A stretch of 64,000 nt of DNA from Minisyncoccota bacterium (GCA_035403785.1 DAONFW010000002.1:12676-76675); one strand, 5' to 3'; positions 18,159 through 27,674 are shown, numbered from the stretch's first letter. Program-made: numbers and translations. Notes: generated by a model not told the origin, from the sequence alone.

Positions 18159-19045
18159 TGGAGGAAACAAAAATTTATTATTCAAAAGATTGGAAAGATT
18201 ACGAACTTCTCGATACGGGAGAAGGAGAAAAATTAGAACGCGTTGGTAATTATAAATTTGTTAGGCCGTTTGAGGATGCTGTTTGGGTAAAAAGTTTGGC
18301 AAAGAAAGATTGGGCAGAAATAGATGGAAAATTTTTTACTTCTAAAAATAACAAGAACGAAAAGTCTGGTTGGAAACTAAATAAATCTTTGCCAAAAAAA
18401 TGGGAAATTAATTATAAAGATATAAAATTTTCTGTTACGCCAACGCCATTTAGGCATTTTGGTTTTTTTGGAGAACAGGCGAGCCATTGGGATTTTATAG
18501 AAAACAGTATAAAAAATTCAGGCAGGCATATAAAATTTCTAAATCTTTTTGGCTACACTGGCGTTGCGAGTTTGTTTGCATTACGAGCTGGGGCAGAAGT
18601 TACGCATTTAGATGCATCAAAAACCAGTCTTACTTGGGCGAAAGAAAATCAGGAACTTTCTGGCTTGAGTAATCTACCAATGAGAATTATTTGCGACGAT
18701 GCTTTGAAATTTTTAGAACGTGAAGCAAAAAGGGGAAATAAATATGATGCTGTTATTATGGACCCACCGAAGCACGGCAGAGGGCCAAACGGTGAAATTT
18801 GGAAAATAGAAGAAATGTTGCCAAAGCTTTTAGAAAACGTGAGAAAAGTTTTATCTGACAAGCCACTATTTGTGATTCTTACTTCTTATGCTATTGATGC
18901 ATCTTCTTTGTCTTTAAAATACGCACTTGAAGATGCATTAAAAGATTTTCACGGCAAAGTAGAAAATGGAGAATTGTGTTTATTAGAAACTTCTAAAAAA
19001 AGAACGATTCCTTCAGCTAATACAGCTATTTGGAAATCTTTTTAG
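18158..19045 (+). CDS. Class I SAM-dependent RNA methyltransferase (RlmI/RlmK-like)
   Basis: 295 aa. SAM-binding fold with a DPP motif (VIMDPPKHGRG). Its start overlaps the tsaC stop (TAATG). Confidence 0.55.
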   Translation: MEETKIYYSKDWKDYELLDTGEGEKLERVGNYKFVRPFEDAVWVKSLAKKDWAEIDGKFFTSKNNKNEKSGWKLNKSLPKKWEINYKDIKFSVTPTPFRHFGFFGEQASHWDFIENSIKNSGRHIKFLNLFGYTGVASLFALRAGAEVTHLDASKTSLTWAKENQELSGLSNLPMRIICDDALKFLEREAKRGNKYDAVIMDPPKHGRGPNGEIWKIEEMLPKLLENVRKVLSDKPLFVILTSYAIDASSLSLKYALEDALKDFHGKVENGELCLLETSKKRTIPSANTAIWKSF

Positions 19046-19598
19046 TTTTTGAATTTTTTATTTTATTATTTGCTTTTTCAGTAGCTCTTGTTTTTCTGGT
19101 TTGACTTTGTTCTTTTAACTCTAGAACTTCTTCTATTAGTTTTCCTAAATTTTCTTCTATCTTTTGCATTAGTTCATCGTCTTTCTTTTGTTCTGATTCT
19201 TCATTTTCAGAGTCTTCTTGGATTTCTTCCACATCTTCTTGAATCTCGTCCACATCTTCTTGGATTTCATCGACATCTTTTTGAATCTCATCAACATCTT
19301 TTTCAATTTCTTCAACGTCTTCTTGAATTTCTTCAATATCTTCCGAAACTTCTTCTAGTTCTTCTGCGTGCTTATTTACAGTCATTTGAATAAAAATAGA
19401 AAGATAAATAGCTTCGAGAGAAACTATAGTAGTAAGAACAAGCATGACTTTGTCAAAATTTACGCTATTGTTTAAAGCGAGTCCCATCATGATAGCAAAG
19501 AAAACGGTATGAACAAAAAGGGAACTGGGTGAACCAATCCATCTCACAAATTTATCTGATGCTTTTCTAATTCTTATTTTTCTTTCTTTTCTGGTCAT
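19026..19598 (-). CDS. Membrane protein with acidic heptad-repeat region
   Basis: 190 aa. Two TM helices in the N-terminal half, then about 8 tandem heptads of (D/E)V(E/D)EI(Q/E)(E/K). Confidence 0.45.
   Translation of the reverse strand: MTRKERKIRIRKASDKFVRWIGSPSSLFVHTVFFAIMMGLALNNSVNFDKVMLVLTTIVSLEAIYLSIFIQMTVNKHAEELEEVSEDIEEIQEDVEEIEKDVDEIQKDVDEIQEDVDEIQEDVEEIQEDSENEESEQKKDDELMQKIEENLGKLIEEVLELKEQSQTRKTRATEKANNKIKNSKTKKISK
19215..19350. repeat. Approx. 21-bp imperfect tandem repeat (about 6-7 copies) encoding the acidic heptads
   Basis: Plus-strand units such as TCTTGGATTTCTTCCACATCT / TCTTGAATCTCGTCCACATCT / TCTTGGATTTCATCGACATCT, read directly. Confidence 0.6.
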
Positions 19599-19707
19599 AG
19601 TATAGATGTGTTGCTTTTGTTATTTTGTATTTTGGCAAAAACAAAATAGCTCAAGAAGCTTAATTTATAACGTTTTCATTATAGCACAATTTTGCTATAA
19701 TAAGTCA

Positions 19708-20781
19708 ATGGAAAATCAACAAAATTTACAAACGAACAAGCCAAAACTTAGTATAAGTTTTTTCTTTTTGTGCTTGGGTGTTTTGATTTCTTTAATAACT
19801 TCTGTTGTTTCTTTTCTTAATTTAGTTTTCAGTACATTAGATAAACGTTTTCCGGATGTTTTGAATGCAACTTATCAGTATGGTTATAATACTTATAATT
19901 ATGAAACGATGCGTATTGCTCTCGCAACGCTAATAATTTTCTTTCCGATTTTTCTAATAGTGTTTCATTTTTGGAAAAAATTTACGAAAAAAGAAATTGG
20001 GCACATAGATCAGGTGTTAAAAAAATGGCTAGTGTATGTAGTTTTATTTTTGTCTACTTTAGTAGTTCTTATTGATCTTGTAACACTTGTAAAATATTTT
20101 GTTTCTGGAGAAATAACTATTAGATTTGTTTATAAAGTTTTAGCTACTTTTGTAACAGCTGTGATTATTGGTAAATATTTTTATATTTCAGAATTCTGGT
20201 CAGCTGAGAAAAAATTATTTAAAAAAATAAATATCAAAAAATTAAATACAATAATTAATCCAATTGCCGGTTCGGTTTTGGTTATTTTGGCTGTTATTTG
20301 GAGTTTCTCAGTTATGGGAAGTCCTATGAAACAAAGAATGCTTAGATTGGACGATAAGAGGGTTTCTGATTTGCAGAGTATTCAGTATCAGGTTATAAAT
20401 TATTGGCAGCAAAAAGAAAAACTGCCAGTTAGATTAGTTGATTTGGCAAATCCAATTTCCGGTTATTCTTTGCCTGTTGACCCAGAATTTGAGAAGGGAA
20501 AAGTTTATGAATATAATTTAAAAGACGAGAAAAATTTAACTTTTGAATTATGTGCAGATTTTTCTTTACCAATGCCAAAAGGTTGGCAAGAATCACAAAA
20601 TTATTATAAAGTAACAGGCTCAGCTGTGCCCATGGAAACAACAACTGATGTGGCTGTTTCTTCTTATCCTTATGCTGGTGGAGTTGGAGAATCATGGGAT
20701 CACCAAACAGGCAGAACTTGCTTTGAAAGAACGATAGATAAAGATTTGTATCCACCTTTTCCGAAAGTATTAAAAAATTAA
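19708..20781 (+). CDS. Hypothetical polytopic membrane protein
   Basis: The ORF opens at 19606; the likely start is MENQQNLQ at 19708. About five predicted TM helices in the N-terminal half and a soluble C-terminal domain. Confidence 0.45.
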   Translation: MENQQNLQTNKPKLSISFFFLCLGVLISLITSVVSFLNLVFSTLDKRFPDVLNATYQYGYNTYNYETMRIALATLIIFFPIFLIVFHFWKKFTKKEIGHIDQVLKKWLVYVVLFLSTLVVLIDLVTLVKYFVSGEITIRFVYKVLATFVTAVIIGKYFYISEFWSAEKKLFKKINIKKLNTIINPIAGSVLVILAVIWSFSVMGSPMKQRMLRLDDKRVSDLQSIQYQVINYWQQKEKLPVRLVDLANPISGYSLPVDPEFEKGKVYEYNLKDEKNLTFELCADFSLPMPKGWQESQNYYKVTGSAVPMETTTDVAVSSYPYAGGVGESWDHQTGRTCFERTIDKDLYPPFPKVLKN

Positions 20782-20822
20782 AAGATTTATAAGTTATAAA
20801 AATTAAAGATAGCTAGTATAGA

Positions 20823-23660
20823 ATGAAAAATTACGATCATAAAAAAATTGAAAAAAAATGGCAGAAAGTTTGGGAAGACAAAAAAATTTATCAAGCCAAG
20901 AATAATTCCAAAAAGAAGAAGTTTTATTCTTTGATTGAATTTCCATATCCGTCTGGTGCTGGGTTGCATGTCGGTCATCCTCGTCCGTATATTGGGATGG
21001 ATATTGTTTCTCGTAAAAAGAGAATGGAAGGATATAATGTTCTTTTCCCAATTGGTTGGGATGCTTTTGGTTTACCAACAGAAAACTATGCTATTAAAAC
21101 TGGAATTCATCCATCAAAAGTCACAAAACAAAATACTGACAATTTTCGTCGTCAAATAAAAATGTTTGGTCCGTCTTTTGATTGGACACGAGAAATAAAC
21201 ACAACTGATCCGACTTATTACAAATGGACGCAGTGGATTTTTTTACAGATGTATAAAAAAGGTTTGGCTTACAAATCAGAAATGCCAATCAATTGGTGTC
21301 CAAAATGTAAAATTGGTCTAGCAAACGAAGAAGTAATAAACGGCAAATGTGAACGATGTGGCGCTGATACAGAAAGAAGATTAAAAAAACAATGGATGTT
21401 GGGAATTACAAAATATGCTGACAGATTAGATAAAGATTTGGATTTAGTTGATTACCCTGAAAGTATAAAATTACAGCAGAGAAACTGGATCGGCAGATCA
21501 GAGGGAAGTGAAATAGAATTTAAAATAAAAAATTCTGATCAGAAAATAAAAGTTTTCACTACACGTGCAGATACTTTGTTCGGTGCGACTTATGTTGTGC
21601 TTGCGCCTGAGCATGAATTGGTGCAGAAGTTAAATTTTGAAAATAAAAAAGAAGTTGAAAATTATATTAAGTCAGTAAAAAGTAAAACTGATATTGAAAG
21701 AACAGATGAGAAAAAAGAAAAAACAGGAGTTGAATTGAAGGGCTTGAAAGCTATCAATCCAGCTAACAGTGAAGAGATTCCAGTTTGGGTTGCTGATTAC
21801 GTTTTAGTTGGTTACGGAACTGGTGCAGTAATGGCAGTACCGGCGCATGATGAGAGAGACTTCGCGTTTGCGAAGAAATATGGGTTAGAAATTAGGCAGG
21901 TAATTGCTCCATTTTTTACTGAAAAAGAAGATGGTAAAGATAAAGTTAGACCTGATAAAAAAACTGTTACTCGAAAAACTGCTTATGCTTTAGTTTTTGA
22001 TAAAAAGAATAATAGATTTTTGTGTTTAGATTGGGAAAAGTTTAATTGGCATTCTGGAATAATTGGTGGTGTCGATGAAGGAGAAACTTATCTAGAAGCA
22101 GCATTAAGAGAAATAAAAGAAGAAACTGGTTATACTAACCTTAAATTTATAAAAGAATTAGGGATGGAACAACATAATAATTTTTTTGCTGCTCATAAAG
22201 ATGAAAATAGGTATGCAATAGGTCGTGGAATGCTTTTTGAACTCATTGATGAAGATAAAATAGAAACAGAAGAAGAACATACTTGTAATCATAAACTTGT
22301 TTGGATAAGAGCTGAGGAGATGAAAGATTGGTTAAATCTTTCGGCTTTTGAGTATATGTGGAAAGCGTATATTTCTGGTTCTGATTGTTTTATTGACGAT
22401 GGAATTTTAATGAACTCTGGAAATTTTAATGACTTAAATTCAGATGAAGCTCGAAATAAAATTACAGAATTTGTTGGGGGAAAAATAGTTACGAAATACA
22501 AATTACGCGATTGGGTCTTTTCAAGACAGAGATATTGGGGAGAACCGATTCCACTTATTCACTGCGAGAAGTGCGGTTGGGTTGCAGTTCCTGAAAAAGA
22601 TTTGCCGGTAAAATTACCAGAAGTAAAAAATTACAAGCCGACCGATACGGGAGAATCGCCGCTTTCTTTAATTTCAAAATGGGTGAATGTAAAATGCCCG
22701 AAGTGTAAAGGGAAAGCGGTGAGAGAAACAGACACAATGCCAAACTGGGCGGGAAGTTCTTGGTATTATTTAAGATACACAGATCCGAAAAATAAAAAAG
22801 AATTTGCGAATAAAAATATTCTAAAATACTGGACGCCGGTAGATTGGTATAACGGTGGCATGGAGCACGTTACTTTGCACTTATTGTATTCAAGATTTTG
22901 GCATAAGTTTTTGTATGATTTGAAATTAGTGCCAACAAAAGAACCGTACAAAAAAAGAACAGCACATGGAATGGTTCTTGCTGCAAACGGCGAAAAGATG
23001 TCTAAATCAAGAGGCAACGTAGTGAACCCAGATGATGTAATAAAATTATACGGAGCTGATACTTTGAGAATTTACGAAATGTTTATTGGGCCTTTCGGTG
23101 ATACTGTTGCTTGGAATGATGAAAGTATAATCGGCCCAAGAAGATTTATTGAGAAAGTTTGGAGAATCAGTCAGAAAGTTTCAAAAGAAAAAACTTCTGG
23201 TGATGTTGTAAAATTGTTGCACAAGACTATCAAGAAAGTAGGAGAAGATATAGAAGAAATGCGTTTCAATACAGCAGTTTCTGCGATGATGATTCTAGCT
23301 AGTGAGTTTGAAAAAGTTGAAGATATAAATATAAAAGATTTTAAATTATTCTTGCAGATTTTGGCACCGTTTACACCGCACGTTGCCGAAGAACTTTGGA
23401 TTTCTTTGGGCGAGAAAAAAACGATACATCTTTCAAGTTGGCCAAAATTTGATAAAAATTTAATAAAAGATGATGAAGTAAAAATAGCTGTTCAGGTAAA
23501 CGGAAAAGTTCGAGCAGAAATGTTGATTCAGATAGATGAGAAAGAAGAAAATATAAAAGAAAAAGCGCTAAAAATAGAGCAAGTTGTTAAATTTACTGAA
23601 AATAAAGAAATAAGAAAAGTAATTTATGTAAAAAACAGACTTGTGAATATCGTAGTGTAG
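20823..23660 (+). CDS. leuS: Leucyl-tRNA synthetase carrying an inserted Nudix-box domain in the CP1 region
   Basis: 945 aa. HIGH motif HVGHPRPY, Zn knuckles CPKCK..CERCG, editing-site TTRADT and GTGAVMAVPAHDERD, KMSKS. About 160 extra residues (aa ~365-525, nt ~21915-22398) contain GGVDEGETYLEAALREIKEETGY, a perfect match to the Nudix box GX5EX7REUXEEXGU. Confidence 0.9.
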   Translation: MKNYDHKKIEKKWQKVWEDKKIYQAKNNSKKKKFYSLIEFPYPSGAGLHVGHPRPYIGMDIVSRKKRMEGYNVLFPIGWDAFGLPTENYAIKTGIHPSKVTKQNTDNFRRQIKMFGPSFDWTREINTTDPTYYKWTQWIFLQMYKKGLAYKSEMPINWCPKCKIGLANEEVINGKCERCGADTERRLKKQWMLGITKYADRLDKDLDLVDYPESIKLQQRNWIGRSEGSEIEFKIKNSDQKIKVFTTRADTLFGATYVVLAPEHELVQKLNFENKKEVENYIKSVKSKTDIERTDEKKEKTGVELKGLKAINPANSEEIPVWVADYVLVGYGTGAVMAVPAHDERDFAFAKKYGLEIRQVIAPFFTEKEDGKDKVRPDKKTVTRKTAYALVFDKKNNRFLCLDWEKFNWHSGIIGGVDEGETYLEAALREIKEETGYTNLKFIKELGMEQHNNFFAAHKDENRYAIGRGMLFELIDEDKIETEEEHTCNHKLVWIRAEEMKDWLNLSAFEYMWKAYISGSDCFIDDGILMNSGNFNDLNSDEARNKITEFVGGKIVTKYKLRDWVFSRQRYWGEPIPLIHCEKCGWVAVPEKDLPVKLPEVKNYKPTDTGESPLSLISKWVNVKCPKCKGKAVRETDTMPNWAGSSWYYLRYTDPKNKKEFANKNILKYWTPVDWYNGGMEHVTLHLLYSRFWHKFLYDLKLVPTKEPYKKRTAHGMVLAANGEKMSKSRGNVVNPDDVIKLYGADTLRIYEMFIGPFGDTVAWNDESIIGPRRFIEKVWRISQKVSKEKTSGDVVKLLHKTIKKVGEDIEEMRFNTAVSAMMILASEFEKVEDINIKDFKLFLQILAPFTPHVAEELWISLGEKKTIHLSSWPKFDKNLIKDDEVKIAVQVNGKVRAEMLIQIDEKEENIKEKALKIEQVVKFTENKEIRKVIYVKNRLVNIVV

Positions 23661-23701
23661 ATTTGCTTTGGTTAGTTGTGTTATAATTAAACTAAATAAT
23701 T

Positions 23702-25408
23702 ATGGTAAAAAAAATCAGAAACTTTCTCAAGAAAAACTTTCTACTTACTGCTAGCTTAATGTTTCTAGTTGTTTTTTCAGGTACAATGCAGTTATTTGCT
23801 GCTGATCCACCACCTCCAGTAGGTGGTTATCCGGCAGGTACAGTTCTTGATCCAGGTTGTACACCAGGAAGTGTAGATTGTATAGTTGCTCAAGCTGTAT
23901 ATAATGCTGGAGATATTATGTATGATAATTCAACTTCTGGTTTAACTGCTACTGATACTCAGGCTGCGATTGATGAGATAGATGGGGTTGTGGATAATAT
24001 AAACGATTTTACAATTGATGTAAATAATAATATGTTTGCCGGAACTGGAGCGGGAAGTTCTTTGTCTGGTGGCCAAAATAATTTTTTTGCAGGTATTGGT
24101 GCTGGGCAGAATACAACAACGGGAAGTAATAATATCGCTATTGGTTATCAAACACTTTATTCAAACTTAACAGGAAATAAAAATACGTCGAATGGATTTC
24201 AAACACTTTTTTTAAATACAATAGGATATGATAATACAGCCAACGGGTATTTATCCCTTGCTTCGAACACGACAGGATTTCAAAATACTGCTATTGGCCT
24301 TCAATCTCTTACTACAAATACAATTGGATATCAAAATGTAGCTAACGGTGTTCAATCACTTGGCATAAATACAACAGGATATCAAAATACTGCTAATGGG
24401 TATAATGCACTTGTTGGTAACACAACGGGTTGGGCCAACAGTGCTATTGGATATCAAACTCTTTCCACTAATACTACAGGGTCTTATAATACGGCTATCG
24501 GTTATAATGCAGATGTAACTGTAAATAATCTAATTAATGCAACAGCTATTGGTTACAATGCAAAGGTTGGTTCAAGCAATAGTTTGGTCCTTGGAGGAAC
24601 TGGGGCAGATGCTGTGAAAGTTGGAATCGGTACAACAACACCAACTAATGTTCTAGATATTGTTGGGCCAGCATTGGATACAACAGTAGTAAGTATTTCA
24701 ACAACTGGAGGAAATACTTGCACTTTTAATACAGGAGTTAATCCGGGAGTTTGGTCCTGTGCTTCAGATAGAAGATTGAAAAATAGTATTTCTGCTATAG
24801 ATAACAATTTAGCTTTAACAAAGATAAACGCACTTAATCCAGTAATGTTTCATTATAATTGGCAAGAATCTTCAGACCCTTTAGTTCCAGGATTTATTGC
24901 CCAAGAATTCGAAGAAATTTTTCCAGATATGGTTTCAACAAATCCAGAAACTGGTTACAAATCTCTTTCTTACACTCCACTTATTCCATATACAGTGAAA
25001 GCTATTCAAGAACTTGATCTAAAAGTAGAAGACTTAATTGTTGAAAAACAAAATCTATTTAATAATTTAATTGCTTGGTTTGGAAATGTGGGGAATGGAA
25101 TAGAAAAATTATTTGCAAAAGAAATACATACAGATATGATTTGTGTTAAAAAATCAGATGGTACAGAGAGATGTGTCACAGGAGATGAATTAGACCAAGT
25201 TCTTTCAAACTCTGGATTGAATAATATTACTCCTACACAAGCACAAGAACCTATTAGGTCTAATAATGCTGGTGATGTAACAGAAGAAGGAATAGACGGA
25301 ACTGCTCCTAATGAAGCCCAAAATCCAACTACCGAAACTCCTCAATCAGAAACGCCGCTTAGTGATACCCCTACAACAGATACAACAAACCCAACAGAAA
25401 GTGCTTAA
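23702..25408 (+). CDS. Secreted tail-fibre-like protein: ~14-residue Asn/Thr/Gly repeats plus C-terminal Peptidase-S74-type intramolecular chaperone domain
   Basis: 568 aa. Signal peptide; about 10 repeats of the form NTxGxxNTAxGxxxL (aa ~140-270). CASDRRLKNSISAIDNNLALTKINALNPVMFHYNW at nt 24764 onward matches the SDxRxK auto-cleavage motif and downstream pattern of phage tail-spike chaperone domains. Thr/Pro-rich C-terminal tail. Confidence 0.55.
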   Translation: MVKKIRNFLKKNFLLTASLMFLVVFSGTMQLFAADPPPPVGGYPAGTVLDPGCTPGSVDCIVAQAVYNAGDIMYDNSTSGLTATDTQAAIDEIDGVVDNINDFTIDVNNNMFAGTGAGSSLSGGQNNFFAGIGAGQNTTTGSNNIAIGYQTLYSNLTGNKNTSNGFQTLFLNTIGYDNTANGYLSLASNTTGFQNTAIGLQSLTTNTIGYQNVANGVQSLGINTTGYQNTANGYNALVGNTTGWANSAIGYQTLSTNTTGSYNTAIGYNADVTVNNLINATAIGYNAKVGSSNSLVLGGTGADAVKVGIGTTTPTNVLDIVGPALDTTVVSISTTGGNTCTFNTGVNPGVWSCASDRRLKNSISAIDNNLALTKINALNPVMFHYNWQESSDPLVPGFIAQEFEEIFPDMVSTNPETGYKSLSYTPLIPYTVKAIQELDLKVEDLIVEKQNLFNNLIAWFGNVGNGIEKLFAKEIHTDMICVKKSDGTERCVTGDELDQVLSNSGLNNITPTQAQEPIRSNNAGDVTEEGIDGTAPNEAQNPTTETPQSETPLSDTPTTDTTNPTESA

Positions 25409-25431
25409 TAATTAAGCACTTTTTATTTTTT
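25400..25431 (+). terminator. Rho-independent terminator overlapping the stop codon
   Basis: AGTGCTTA-ATAAT-TAAGCACT followed by TTTTATTTTTT. Confidence 0.55.
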
Positions 25432-25496
25432 ATGGTAATATTAGTATATTAATAAAGTTATTAGTATAGTTTTTTAATTTTTATAAAATAAATAAT

Positions 25497-27653
25497 ATGT
25501 CAAAAATCTTCGATAAAATATCTTTTTGGTCGCTATTCGTTACAATAATTTCTCTGCCGTTTTTCTTTTTACCATTTACTAAAATTCCAGTAGAAATTTC
25601 CAAAAGTTTTATTTTGGTTTTAGGTCTTTCTGTTTCTATAATTTTTTGGGCAATCGCAAGATTTTTTGATAGAAAAATAACTGTTCCAAAGTCATGGATT
25701 TTTTTGTCTAGCTCGATCGTTTTGTTTGTGATGCTTCTATCTAGTATTTTTTCTAAAGCTGCCGGTTTTTCTTTTTTTGGAACAATCTTAGATACAAGTT
25801 CTTTCTTTTTTGCACTGTCAGCATTTTTGCTGATGTTCTTTTCATCTTTGATTTTTAAAGACAAAAAAGCTGTTGGTCTAGTTTTTAAAGGTTTAATTAT
25901 TTCATTTTTTGCTTCTGTAGTTTTTCAACTTACACATGTGTTTTTCCCTAAAATATTATCTTTTAATACACTCTTTCAAAAAACAGATAACTTAATTGGA
26001 AGTTTTAATTCTTTCAGCATTTTTGCTGGGTTAGTTATTATTTTTTCAATGCTCGTCCTTTCTTTTGTTTCAGTTTCAAGATTGAATAAAAATATTTTAG
26101 GTTTAACTATTTTAGTTTCTACTTTTCTGATAGCGCTAAATAATTTCTCTTTCATTTGGCTAGTTCTTGGAATTTTTTCTTTGTTTATTTTTATCTATAA
26201 AATTTCTTTTACTTCAGGAATTAAACCAGAGATAGAAAACGCAAAGACAGATACAAATACAGATATTAGTATAAATACAAAAATGAATGTAGAAGAAAAA
26301 AACAAAAATAAATTTGCAGTCATTCCATTTTTGATGGTGATTGTTTCAGTTTTCTTTTTGCTTGGTGGTAGTAATATAAGCAATTTTGCGCCTACGTATT
26401 TTGGAATTTCTAATGCAGAAATCAGACCTTCTTTTTCCGCCACTTTTGATATTGCTAAAAGCACATTAATAAAAAATCCAATATTAGGCTTGGGCCCGAA
26501 TACTTTTTCAAGCTCTTGGGACTTGTATAAGACTGCTTCTATAAACGATACCAATTTTTGGGGAACTTCTTTCGAATTTGGATCTGGAATTTTACCAACT
26601 TATATGACTACGGGAGGTTTTCTTGGGCTGTTAGCTTGGGCGTTCTTTATTTTAGTAATTTCTCTATTTATTCTTAAAAATTTATTTTCGAAAAAAATTA
26701 AAAATTTGTCAGACTGGAGAATTCCTTTGTTCTTAATAATGTCTTTGTACTTATTTGTAGTTTCATTTTTCTACGCAGTGAGTCCAGTTTTAATTTTGTT
26801 AGCGTTTGCTTTCCTTGGAATTTACATCGGTGCATCTGGTTTTAGTAAAGAAATAAATTTTCAGTTTTTGAATAACTCAAGAAAAACTTTCATAGCAGTA
26901 GTTGCTTTAACTATTATCATTCTTGCAGTTATTACAGCTTGTTTCAAATATACTGAAAGATTTATTTCTATTTCTTATTTCCAAAAAACTGTTTCTGCAA
27001 GTTCTGTTGAATTAGCTGAGAAAAATATAAATAAAGCAGTAGCTCTTTATCCTAACGATTTATATTTGCGTACTTACACACAAGTTTATTTGTTAAAATT
27101 TAAAACTATTTCAGCAAAAGGCGCTTCGATTACAGATTCTGAAAAAGCTGAATTAAAAGATAGTTTTGATAAAACTATCGCTGCTGGAGAATTGGCTATC
27201 AAATACAATAGAAATAATTATTTGAATTTCAAATCTCTTGGGATCGCTTATGAAACTTTTGCAACATATGGGATACAAAATGCAGGGAATATGGCAGTAG
27301 AAGCATACAAAAAAGCTTCTGAACTTAACCCTAAAAATCCTGGTTTAAAATTAGATATTGCCCGCGCTGCTTTTGCTATAAGCAATACTGAAGAGGCAAA
27401 AAAGTACGCGTTAGAATCATTTGATCTTAAAAAAGATTATATCGATGCAATGGTTATGCTTGCACAAATTTTAAAGAGTGAAGGAAATTTGAAAGAAGCA
27501 ATGATGTATGGAGATTTGGCTTTGTCTTACAATCCTACAAATACTCAGCTGGCTCAATTTGTTGATTCACTAAGTATTCAAAACATTTCTCCTGTTGGTT
27601 CTGAAAAAGATACTGATAAAACAGGGAAAGAAACAGAATCAAAAAAACAGTAA
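25497..27653 (+). CDS. O-antigen ligase/polymerase-like (Wzy_C-type) polytopic membrane protein with C-terminal TPR repeats
   Basis: 718 aa. At least 10 TM helices, a large extracytoplasmic loop with LGLGPNTF (typical of Wzy_C/O-antigen ligase-like proteins), and a C-terminal ~220 aa with TPR-like repeats (AYKKASELNPKNPG..., ALSYNPTN). Confidence 0.55.
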   Translation: MSKIFDKISFWSLFVTIISLPFFFLPFTKIPVEISKSFILVLGLSVSIIFWAIARFFDRKITVPKSWIFLSSSIVLFVMLLSSIFSKAAGFSFFGTILDTSSFFFALSAFLLMFFSSLIFKDKKAVGLVFKGLIISFFASVVFQLTHVFFPKILSFNTLFQKTDNLIGSFNSFSIFAGLVIIFSMLVLSFVSVSRLNKNILGLTILVSTFLIALNNFSFIWLVLGIFSLFIFIYKISFTSGIKPEIENAKTDTNTDISINTKMNVEEKNKNKFAVIPFLMVIVSVFFLLGGSNISNFAPTYFGISNAEIRPSFSATFDIAKSTLIKNPILGLGPNTFSSSWDLYKTASINDTNFWGTSFEFGSGILPTYMTTGGFLGLLAWAFFILVISLFILKNLFSKKIKNLSDWRIPLFLIMSLYLFVVSFFYAVSPVLILLAFAFLGIYIGASGFSKEINFQFLNNSRKTFIAVVALTIIILAVITACFKYTERFISISYFQKTVSASSVELAEKNINKAVALYPNDLYLRTYTQVYLLKFKTISAKGASITDSEKAELKDSFDKTIAAGELAIKYNRNNYLNFKSLGIAYETFATYGIQNAGNMAVEAYKKASELNPKNPGLKLDIARAAFAISNTEEAKKYALESFDLKKDYIDAMVMLAQILKSEGNLKEAMMYGDLALSYNPTNTQLAQFVDSLSIQNISPVGSEKDTDKTGKETESKKQ

Positions 27654-27674
27654 AGAATAAAAATTAAAAAATAA

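Noticed and set aside
19215-19350. Possible CRISPR-like array (regular ~21-bp repeats)
   Set aside because: Repeats are contiguous with no spacers and lie in-frame inside a coding region (acidic heptads). Not CRISPR. No CRISPR arrays or cas genes are seen anywhere in the window.
21915-22398. Possibility that the LeuRS insert reflects a gene fusion or frameshift artefact joining a separate Nudix gene
   Set aside because: The Nudix-box segment is flanked on both sides, in the same frame, by contiguous LeuRS sequence (editing-site GTGAVMAVPAHDERD upstream; NSGNFNDL...RDWVFSRQRYWGEPIP and KMSKS downstream). It is an internal insertion rather than an end-to-end fusion. An assembly chimera still needs read-level checking.
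25481-25864. 127-aa minus-strand ORF
   Set aside because: Completely overlapped, antisense, by the 718-aa Wzy_C-TPR membrane-protein gene. Its composition is the mirror of a hydrophobic coding strand, so it is spurious.
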